From contig KZ538230.1 in NCBI GenBank assembly GCA_000934665.2, positions 1 through 64,000 of the forward strand: a DNA stretch of 64,000 bases. Reading direction: 5' to 3'. Below are positions 52,801 through 64,000 of this stretch, one piece after another. A program made the position numbers and the translations under genes. The notes under the pieces are model-generated. The model was not told the origin of the DNA. It ran no database searches and saw only the letters and a list, made by a program, of their open reading frames with translations. The DNA comes from Catajapyx aquilonaris. Lineage: Eukaryota. The stretch's first letter is position 1. Every line of letters starts with the position of its first letter.

Positions 52801-55800
52801 CGTAATCACCAGCCCGGATGAATATGTGAACAATAATGACGGCCACGCCACCATTTTTCCTACTACGTCTGATTGCTCTCGATTAGAACTCCATCCACTC
52901 CTCACCATGGTAGGTCTCGGCTTGACCTTTTGTGCTCCGGGTTCATTTTTTCCCCTCATGCTCTTGGGTGTGATTTTTTTTCTGGATGAAGGTTCTGCAC
53001 TCCCGTGGCCATTATTATTTCTTTAGTCAGCCGCTGTGCTTGAATAACGGAACCCAGAGAAGGGGGCAATGAGAGACCAAAAGAACCACATCCTCTTTAT
53101 TGGAGAAGGCGGCCACCTTTTCTGTGCACCTTGGTCCTTTCCCCTCCTCCCAAACATCTGAATATGAATCTTGTGTCACACCTGAGTTCCGCTTTCGCCA
53201 AACCGGGGCTCAACATCTGGCTATACCGAATGAATGGTATCGGACTCACACATCGCACTTTTGAACCAAAGCATGGCAGAACAAATGCGTGCAAATTGGA
53301 GATGGTTCTGATAGATAAACCACTTTATATGCATGAAAATTATCTCTTGAAGGAATAGCTAATATGCGGTACGTACAGAAATTGTAGATGCACTTGCTAA
53401 GGGTACATTGACGCAATGCTTATTGCGTTACCGAACAGTACTCTCTTTCTAAGTAAAGCGGGTGCATGAAAGAACGGAAATGGCTCTTAGAACTGTGTGC
53501 GGATATACCATTTTCGTAACAGGACTGAATGGCAGCTGTGAATCTTTGTGGACCAAGCCTTGTGTGGTGTAACTCGACACCTCTTCAGACTCCATCCGAT
53601 GGGCATTGAGAGCTTCCTTTCCCCACTTCCTTCCTTCCTTTCTTAAAACCCCCTCTCGACACACACCCGCCCACACAAAAAACCCATCCCAAAGGGGACA
53701 CTTGCTGCCGACGTCTACCAGCAGGTACATAGAGGAAACCGATTGTCCGTTTCGCGATACGCTGCTGCTCTTAGTCATTTGCCGTTGAAAGTAGCAAAAA
53801 AATTGACAAAGTACTGACAAGGCTGCACTTAGAATGTTCATACTAGCTCCTCTTTTTATGAAGTCAGTTTTTATAGTGACGTGTGCAGTCTTGATAGCAA
53901 CCCCGAAGTACTGTATATACATTGCGATTGGCACATTTTGTATATTGCCAAGAATTTAAATATAATACACTGCACAGACTTTCATTAATTTTGAATGTAC
54001 CAGTAATGTCATTGCTTACATTCTAGAGTAAAAAAATTCAAATCAAGTTTTTCCATAACTTACAAAAAATAATTGACAATTACTTGTATAAACATAGCAT
54101 GCAGCATGGAAGTTTCAGAAGACAAGATTGTAATATAATAGGCAGCTCTATTATGAGTATGTCCCAGGACCGGATTGGCATAACCGATAAACAGAAGCTG
54201 TCCCAACAGGTTTTCACTGCTGCCGTTACCTTCAAGCAGCACGTGGTTTAGTAGTTTATTACAAGGTTTTTCTAAACAATAAGACTTCCCTCGGGGTGTA
54301 TCTTATGCATAAAAGGTAAGTTCGTCAGGCAACCCCTACTGGGAAACACCCTAAATCAAAGCTCGATATGGTTTATAGCCAATTTGAAGACAGAAAACTA
54401 CCATTACCAATAAAATGATTTGCAGTTTTCACAGATTTATACTGTTCACTGGTAAAATTAAATTCGACACTATTTTATTTCCTAGACTTCCGGCATCGTC
54501 AAATTCAAGACCCGTAATTATTGTGAAGACAGAACCCGCACTGGAACCCGCATATACTTTTGGCTTTGTTCCCGCGCAATTCTTCGGCACGTGTGCTGCT
54601 GATACTTATCTCCTAGCAGGAAGTCCTAACCCTTTCCCTCCCTAAACCCTACTAACACTACCGGTCTTTTTGCATGCCGCTTTTTTAAACTCCTGTACCA
54701 ACCATTTCAGCCCACTCTATACTCAGATATTACAGCCACCCTCTTTCGTAATATCCATACCGTCATGTAGACCGACTCAATAGCCTAGGTCTGGGTTGGC
54801 AAACGCATCCCTTGCTTCAAAAGTCCCAAATGTGGGCAGGCATCCGCTCCAGCTGTTTCAGAAATGAGAGAGGAAGTTTGAAAGGTAATCCGTATCTGGG
54901 TGCAAGACCCTTGTGGTGCATGGGGTGGCTGGGCCCTCTAAATCACGCCTTCAGCCCTCGCAACCACATGGCACCAAGAGATGGAGGGCGGAGGATGTGC
55001 TTTTTGGTTCTTTTCGATACATGAAGACGTCCTTCACCCATTCCATATGGCCACAGACCCTTGAAAAAATACACTCTTGGTGGTAGCTGGTGGTCGAAAT
55101 AAAGTGTGGGTCCAATTACTAAGTCAACATCGTATGGCACCCACCTTGCGCTTTCTTATATGCTGACCTGTTTCCAGGAAACCAGCAAGGTGTACTGTAC
55201 ATCCAAAAAACCCGGTAGGCGATCCAGGCCGTTACAAGCCTCCCATATGATTATTATTACGAGAACCTTTAGCCCCCCCTACACCTGAAACCCCCATTGC
55301 CCTTTCTCCCCCCATCCGCAACGCCCTCTTAAATAATTAAGGCTCGCATGTGGAGCAGAGTGAGTGAGGGGAGACAGGTGTAAGCCGAGCGGGCCTGCCT
55401 GCTTGCGTCCGTCCGAATAACGCGGGTTGGAAAAAGGAAGGAAGTGCAGGGTGTGATGGGGGAGTGCAGCATTAGGGGGAAATGGCTGCCAGCACCAGCC
55501 TAAAACAGTAGAAGCACATGCCACTCAGAAGGGTATTGGTGTTCAGCACCCTTCTCACACGTTCAACATGTCCATCCTGCCAAAATGTATGATGCCAAAT
55601 ATTTTCAGCTGAAACCTGTCAAACGGTATTTTCCAAGACTAAAGCCTTATCTGGCAGGTGCATGAAGCACCTGCTATTCGAATTCTTGTTGGGGAAACTG
55701 AGTCAGTATGTTAAATTCGCCAAGTTTTTCGCATGTATACAAAGGGTGGAACCGGAAGTACATGTGCGCCTTCTCCATGTTGTATTGTTATCTCCCTCCC

Positions 55801-58800
55801 CAAACGGGAACAATGCACTGGATGATAAGGACAGGTGCCGTTGAATTACATATGCACATTAATACTCCCCATTAGTCATGAGTGGGTGACTTTCGCATGC
55901 GCCCCGTACCTGTAGAGTAGATGCTGAGTTATTTAGACCTACCGTTTTCCACTTTACTTTTTTTTATGTATCTTTCCCCCTTCGTTTACACTGTTTATCG
56001 TGGGAATTATCGGCGTACGTAGGGCGCAACTTTTAGGTCGTGTGCCGTTGGCCACCTGCTGGCTGTAACGACACGGCATTTTGATATCCTGTGCCCCCGT
56101 GGACGCGTGCCCACCCCTGCCTGCCTGCCTGCCTGATCCGCAACACATGGGAAATATGGGCAGGTTAATTGACTCGGCTCTGCTGCTTTATGCATGTAGC
56201 CTATTTATTATAGGGTAATATCACTATTGGATGCAATGTGACTAATGAGATATTTATGTTCAATTGATTGCGGTCTCGAATTTAGAAACTGGCACCTGGA
56301 TATCAAAGACGCTATATACGCTTAGTTTTTTACTAAATGGATATATTTAATATGAAATATTTCAATTCCTTCCTCATAAAATGTCCGAATTACTTCTTTT
56401 GGTATGGCATACAAATAATTAAATTTCAAGAGTGTTTATAATCAAATAGCATTTCCGCATTGAAGTTTAGCCACAGCAAGGACAACGAGAGTGAATATCC
56501 GGCAGGCCCTATTGTAAACTAAAAAGATCTATTTATCGTCAGGTAATATTATAGGCTGTGCGCGACTGTGTGTCTCTGGTCGTCAACTTATTCTACTATA
56601 CATATAAGGCACTGTAACAATACTTGGAACTACCCCACCCATTGACTCGAGTATTTATGGCGCCTGATTTTGCTCCACGGTTAAAGCAATTTATCAGTTT
56701 CGTATCCGCTCATATTAGTTATCCCACCCTTGGTGTAGGTGCAAGCATCCAAATGCCACATGCAATTTATCACTCCTACTCCAGATGTTACAATACTTAA
56801 TTTTAATTGTGAAGTCAGTTATTTTTGGAATACAGTACATTATTATCACTTTTAAATACTTCGGCAGGTGTACAAAAATTTTACGGATTTAAATAATTGT
56901 ACCCTGCTCAATACGCTATCATTCCGCGCACGGCTCACGTGAAGGACCGAAGATTTATTAATTTACCGTTGGTTAGTTCTCTCCCACTGACTTTTCATTC
57001 TGGGGGGCGGACGGTAAGAGTGTACGAGTGAAGTAGAGCTAGAGATAGCAACAAGCAAGCCATGTCACTTGAACTGGCAACAAGAAGTGATTAATGTTCG
57101 GAGCTTACGAGTGAAGCAGGTTTGCATAATATGAGAGCAGCCCTATCGTATATCATTTCTTACTTTTGATTTGTTCGGTCACGTTCGAGATCTATCAGCG
57201 GCCTATTGTTCCTCAATCTGAACACGTATGGGTCTGATTTGGCTCTTAATAGGTGGACGGATGCAGGGGGTGATTGGGAATGAGGGGATAGGGAAGGATG
57301 GGGGGAGGTCAAAAGCCGCCGCATACCTCCAGTTATGTTGACACTTATTTGACAGAGGAAAGTGTTAAAAAATAACTGGAGTAATGGGTATAGCTTATGA
57401 CATTTTCACGTACACTTTTAACCAGGAGAGGTAACCTAACAATATTTTGAATATTATACAGCCTTATACGACAATGCACGACATTAGTTTCGTCTCCTTG
57501 TGTAATATTGGAGAATTTAAAAAATATCTTTCTGACCTTCAGTTATTAAGGTTATTGCACATATAGGCTACATTACAGTTAATAAACTGATAATCATGCC
57601 TTGCAAAGTGCAACGACTGCGGGCACCTGAAACCTAACCGGCATCTGCTGAGTGAGCAAGTGCCAGTTGATATATGCAAGACTGTTGGAAACGTGATCCC
57701 CAGCATGTGCTGGTTACATCAACTTAGCTTGCCCTATAGTTGGCCAGCTCATCTGCAGATGCACACAGAACCAAAGATTGGCTCGGACTGCGTGGATCTA
57801 TTTATCTTCTCATTTGGCTTGCGCACGTTGGGAGTTCAAACAAAGACATCACGCTGCTGTTTGTGCAGAGACCTGCCCACACCTGTCCAGTACCTGAATG
57901 GATCAGCACTTTGAAAACCCATTTGCAATAAGTTGGACTCCGCAGGGACACCCCATACCCCGTTGCTCACCCAACGCTTCTTATCCTATTATTGTACTAC
58001 AAGTGCACCACTCTATAGTACCATGATACAGTCTATTAAATAAACTGCTGATGTAAATCCCGCAGGTGGGAACCGACACCATGAGGAAGGAAGTTGGCAT
58101 TCTCCCCTCCATAATATGTCCACCACCCTGAACCTGCTTCCTGCGTTGGTATAAACGATTTGCCAACAGTTTCCTACAAAATTACGCGCTGATTTGGGCA
58201 TGAGCTGGTGTCACCTGCCTCTAAAAGAGTGAAATCAATCACTGCAAGAGCAGTGAATCGGTACACCTGGCTATTCAGAAAGGGCGCAGATGAGACACAA
58301 CCCGAGCTCTCTCTCAGGTCTCTTTTCTCTCTTGTCAATATATTTGTTGGTGGGTCCTCTCGGCTCGCGCCCTGTCCATTAACAACGCAGCTGCCTCCGA
58401 TGCTTCTGCTTCATGGGTGGTGTATACTGTACCCCGCAAAACCCCGACAGCTGACGACCACATTCATCCTTCTGCACCTACTGGAATCAACCCGATCTTT
58501 CAGTTCTGGGGATTTCTGAAACTGGTCAAAACAACCAATGACTAATAGAGAGCCTGCAACAGCACTGATCTTGTCAACTATTCTGAAGCAACTTTGGGTG
58601 GAAGAAAACGGTAGCTGACATTGTCAATGTATGATGGGAATTGGTACAGCTGGTTGTGCAATACCATTTGAGCAAGTCTCACAGAACCATAGGGAACCTT
58701 CTGAGTGTGAGTCGCTATATCAGGGGTACACACGCCCCCGTTCTCTTTTTCCTGTGGCGGATGGTGCAAGGCGCGTGCCATGCCCATCCGCTCCAGATGG

Positions 58801-61800
58801 CTTCTACAGAAGGGGCAGCTGATATAGGGAGAGGGAGATTCCAACATGGCTGCCTGCACCTCGCGTTATGTTTCACGGGTAACCCAATCCGAAGAGGAAG
58901 ATGCCAATCGCCGTTTCCTCCCTTTACATGTTCCGGTGCTGCTGTTCACCTGTTTGTTCGGTCATTTTTGGGACGGTTCGATCTAACGTTTCTTATATAA
59001 AAGGGATCCAATCAATCTGAACTTTCTCTTGAAGCAAGGCTGTGAAAATAACCCGCTGTACATCGTACAGATGGGATGCCCTTGGCGCATCAGGTGCGGG
59101 TGGAATGAAAGAGCTTTTTCTTTCGTCAATGGTGGGGCCCCCATGGTGGATGTGGATGGCCCCGAAACCGGCAGCAGCAGGCGAAGATATTTGAAAAGAG
59201 TGTACCCCAAAAGCGTGGCATGTGCGCTCGGGTGACAACGGACAAGGATAGCCATCGGTGAATGGCTTTTTCCTTCCACAAGGACCTTCGGGGCTGGAAC
59301 TTCTGCTGGGGCCTGCATAAAGACGGGCATGCCTGCTGGGGGGAACAGCACAACAGCCTCCTTTCCCTGCACTTCTTACTAAACCTGGATTTTTCTTTTC
59401 TTGTGTACCATCACCCCTCAGCGGTACTAGGTCGACCGGAAAGAAATTGACCTTCGGAAGAAGCGTTCCACATCTTTGGGTGTTTAAATATTTCGGTGCA
59501 CCTCCGGCATATAGGACTTTTCCAGGACGAGATTCAGGAACTTTTCTTTAATAAATAAATAAATAATAGTTGATTTTGGTTATTTCCCATTATGGCGATG
59601 ATCGTGTCCTAATTTTTGTTTTGATATTTAATAAGGAACATCCTGCGACTTATGTTACCCCGACCAGGTCACCTAATCCGCAGGATATTCCACGTAGATG
59701 GCAAAGGTGAACATGCGATTTCCATATGGAGATCAAATCTTTACAGTCAACCAGAGCAATTTCGTGAACTTTTCCATGAAGACTGACTTTTGAGGAGTCA
59801 CATGCAGTATGGCCCCTCCAAGATGCGGGCTGTGAAGGACAACTGCCTGTCAAGGTCCACTGCAAGAAGTGTAGTGTACGTATGCGGGTGGCCGCTTGTC
59901 ACGAGTGACACCGATTTCCCATTTGGTAACCATAAGGGCAATGTTCAGTAGCAATGCATGGCGCAATAAGTTGTATTACCATAAGCCAGTAAGCTAGTTA
60001 TCCCATATATGTATACTACTTATACAAAATGTTTCGCATCACTAATAGGTCTAATAGACACCCTGTATACTACATTACAAATATTATCCACACCACAGAT
60101 GCGCGAAAACATTATTTTTCCCTGGTCATCTTAAAAACACCGCTGGCCAAAAGAAGCGCATCACAAAGCATTAGCAGCTCATAATACAGCGCGTTAATCA
60201 ATGTCAGCACTAGCTCAAACTCATATTTAAACTACCATTGCTCCTTTAACAACTCAACTACTCTATACTTAAGTGTGTATCCGCGTAGAAGTCATGCTGG
60301 ATTTCCTTGTTGCTGACCTGAGTGATTATGGTCAGGAGTGAGGCAAGTCATGAATGAGGTTGGCGCGAAGGCGAGCAAGTGCAAAATGGTAACCCCGCCA
60401 CACCCATTCCAAACAGCACCTTGCTCCAGCTCATCAAGAAGTTTTCAGAGAGAGAAGGAGAGAGGGAGAGAGCACAGGTTGGGGGGAAGGGGAGACTGAG
60501 GGGGATGGGGGAATGGGGAGGTCAACAACCACCCTTGCCCTTTGAAACGTGCCAGGATCATCTTGTTTCCCCCGCCTCCTCAACTTGACCTCAGACATGC
60601 TGTAAAGCACCATCAAGTTTGTGGCCACCACAATGTCGTCAATCATCGGATTGCTCCTATGCCAACGGATTTCGCATTTTTCGCCTGCTCCCGTCTCGCG
60701 CCTTTTGGAATCAACTATTCGGCGTTTCGTCGTAAGAAAGATAGATTTAAGCCTAATCACTTAGATGATGTGACGTTTTCTGCAACGCTATTGACAAAAG
60801 GATTGCCTTATGCAATAATAATTACACTGATTAAACACGTTTACTATTGTTAGGCTATACATGCACGTGATCAATCTGTGAAAATTAACATGAATTCTTT
60901 AAATATTAGCAATATTTTTCTGAATAATCAGCAACATAATTATTGCACAATTTTTTCAAAATATTGGTGTTTGAATTGGCCTCTTGGGGATGTGAATATT
61001 TTGTATTATTTTGTAGATTATTTTCTCTAATGATACATCAATTTTAATATCAAATTACCTACACTGTAGTCATTTACTGTTGTAAGTTACACGTACATTC
61101 AAATATAGAGAGAGTCAACAACAATAATTATCACAGCCAATTAGGAGCAATCAAAGATTCTCGCAGCTTATATTCACACTAGGCTTGTATATTTAATGCA
61201 TAAGTAAGCAAGGAAACAAAGGTGGTATTAAATGAGCACAAACATTATGCTTTTAGGACCGATTCCTCTTCCGCCATTGTGTTGCTGTCTGTATGGTTCA
61301 AACATGAGGCGGTTTTGTCGAATCCTTTCAGCCTACTTGCTATACAACCCGGGCCTTATTTGATCCATTGAATCCGTACACTTCCTGGGACTCCACCGGT
61401 TGACCCCAACTGGTAGACATGGAAATGAATACCAGAACATGGTCTCTCGCATTTGACATCTTAATTCCAACTCGGTCACTGACTCTTCAAAGAGTTTGTC
61501 ACCGGAGAGAGAGAAAGAGAAGGAAAAAAAATCAGGTCTCATTTGCAACCATTGGCACGGTGTCAGTTTTGTCAAGGTGCAAGTTCGGGCTAGAAGAGTG
61601 AAAGACGTATGGGAAGTTCGGAAAAAAAGGGAAAAAAAGAAAGGTTTTGTTGGTTCTGTAGCGGGCTTTTATATTATCGAGGATTGGGTTTCAAGCCTCG
61701 GAACAAAATGGATGGTAAAACACAGCTGCTTCTGAGTACGCTTGCTATTGCCTATAACTCCGCCCATTTCCTTTCGGGATATTGCAGCAGGCACTTTAAT

Positions 61801-64000
61801 CATTCAACTTTTCATTTTTATCATTTTCCATTTCCTGGTATGATTGCTTAGGTGCAGTGTCATTTACTGATTTTGGGGTCAATACCTGCTATAGAGAACC
61901 ACATGCTCAGAAAAGGCAAGGTACCGTCACCGGTAAGCGCCACTGTCACCTGCTGATGTCTCTGAATGTGTCGACCAATATTTCCTTTGTCATGAAATGC
62001 ATTGAAACGGATAATACCAGTGTAATGCAAATCCCAGGCGTTCCCCGTCGTGATCATTGAAGTTTATAAAGCACAGCCAACAATTAGGACCGGTTTTATC
62101 AATTGCAAAGAAAATCAAATAATGTATCCTCAATACATGTGTTATACTATGTGAAAAAAATTGCCAGGTGCATCCTGGCTCTACAGACACAACCATCAGT
62201 TTTTTTCTCTCTCTTATTTCAGATACTATATCTCGAAAGAGTGCTGATGGTTGCATACGGCCAGGATGTCCGGCCGTCACAAATAGATACAGTAAAGTAC
62301 TGTACATAATTAGGGATTTTACCAAATATGCATCGATGCAACCTGAATGAAACTGGAAAATCTAATACATAGATGATCTAATACAGAGCAGCACAGGACC
62401 GGAGAACACCGAACGTGTCCCTGAACAATAACCGAGATAAAGTGCGTGCATCTCCCCTGGCCATAGACTGGATGTCCCGCATCATCACCGGCATCATCGT
62501 CAGTGCTGATCATCAGAGAGAGCAATGTCCTCCACCATCATCAACAGCAGCCCATATAGTGGTCGGTGCAAAGAGATGGAGCAAGGCGCCGGGTGCTCCT
62601 CGCTTTTCGACACAAAAGGGCGTGCTGGAGATGCAGCTTCCGATTGCATTGTGTCCTATTCAAGCTCGCCCACTTGCTTGCCCCCGACCAAATACCGCTT
62701 CCCTTTACTTTACATGACAAACATTTGCGGCTTATCACTTCGCCGCTTTTATGCCCTATCTCGTTTTTTTCTCGCCAGCCATGCACCCTGATGGCCGATG
62801 GACACCTTTAATGCCCGTAAGTTTTTGAACCCCTAACGACCCATGAACAATTAACGGCCATTTATTCCCTTAGCGATGATCATCTGTCAGAATAATTGAC
62901 CGGGCACAAAAGTGGCAATCGCGTGTTTGATCGATCGTATTATTAAGTGTCTGCATATTGGAATCACGGCATGGCGCAGCATAGCGCATTGTCGCTCTTG
63001 AGCAACAAAACCCTCAATCAATCAACACGGCATCGTAATACCTGCACCAAATATTCTCACATATGAAACTTGTCATTAGGGCAAAATTATTTATATTTTG
63101 CTCCTCCCAAATGTCCTCCTTCATAATTCTATCACATGCATTCAAAAAATTTCCACGTCACTTTCTGGCATGCAAAAGGCATGAGTCACACTCTAGTGAC
63201 CCACACCTCACCATTAATTGTTAGTATAACTCATTCCTTCCCCTTTCTGACCGCCGCCTTCTTTCTGCCCCTTCTCTTCCTGGCATCCTAATTATTACAG
63301 GTCCTCATTACCATTTGAAGCAGCTTCTCTCAGAATGAAGCTGCTGAGTCCCCACATCAACTCTCCTTCTCAACCCTTTTCGGCATGCACAAGAAAATGA
63401 ATAAAGACACCTTTTTCCAACGATTGACAGCACACGAATTCTTCTGCACCACCCCCATCTTACTGCAAGGTCATTCCCAGAAAGGTTAACACTTTTATCC
63501 TTACACCTTCGTAGACCTTTACCATATAAATATGCGCAACATGTGACATGATGGTAGACAAAAAAACAAGGTAGGAAAGAACTCAAAAGGCGAGCATATT
63601 CCCATGCCATGATTCAGACGATCAACGATGATGATCACGTGCTCAGGCGAAGAGTCAAGGGATAAAAGGGGTAAAAGGTAACAGGCCCTGGGATCAACAT
63701 GTCGTCAGGGTACGGGAACACTCTGGGGAATCTAATTATTTGAGGGGGGGTTGTCGGTGCTGGGTCATGAGGTGAGCGGATCAAGACTGGTGTCATCATT
63801 CGTCATCCTTAAAGCATAAATGCACCCTGCTGAGCCTGCCGTGTTAGGTGAGAGTGACGTTTGATTAACGCCTGAGCTGGCTCATCATAGTGGTGATCGG
63901 AATTTTGGGGGCACAGGGTGTTCCAAACATGAGGTTTAAAAAAAATGCGGTTATTGGATATGATTCCCTGGAGAAGTTCTGAAACTTGGATTCCCATCAA

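Noticed and set aside
1..64000. The many 60-170 aa ORFs, prokaryote-style operons, CRISPR arrays or defence systems
   Set aside because: The DNA is eukaryotic (spliceosomal intron, SINEs, microsatellites). The short ORFs lack domains, many have non-ATG starts, and I saw no repeat-spacer array.

Overview
This is animal genomic DNA, not prokaryotic, and most likely from an arthropod-like protostome. It contains one clear protein-coding gene: a two-exon Snail-family C2H2 zinc-finger repressor (snail/escargot-like) at join(38780..38873,39084..40105), + strand, 371 aa. The protein has an N-terminal SNAG motif, an NT box (CPLKKRP), PxDLS-type CtBP motifs and five zinc fingers. The supplied ORF track misses the spliced N-terminus. 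The first ~18 kb is a dense field of decayed transposons: hAT/Buster, mariner, PIF/Harbinger and pogo-like MITEs, plus four tRNA-derived SINEs with target-site duplications, two of them nested inside MITEs. The remaining ~45 kb around the gene has few recognisable TEs, is non-coding and is rich in E2-boxes (CAGGTG), consistent with a large cis-regulatory landscape. The best second-look items are a SNAG-masking upstream in-frame ATG, a polyA signal overlapping the stop codon ahead of a 3' UTR rich in miR-124/miR-263/miR-279 seed matches, window-wide E2-box enrichment, an AP-1/Grh-like motif cluster in the intron, and a palindromic mariner MITE built from two copies of the transposase 3' end. 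I found no convincing wholly new biological system. All regulatory claims are motif-level inferences.
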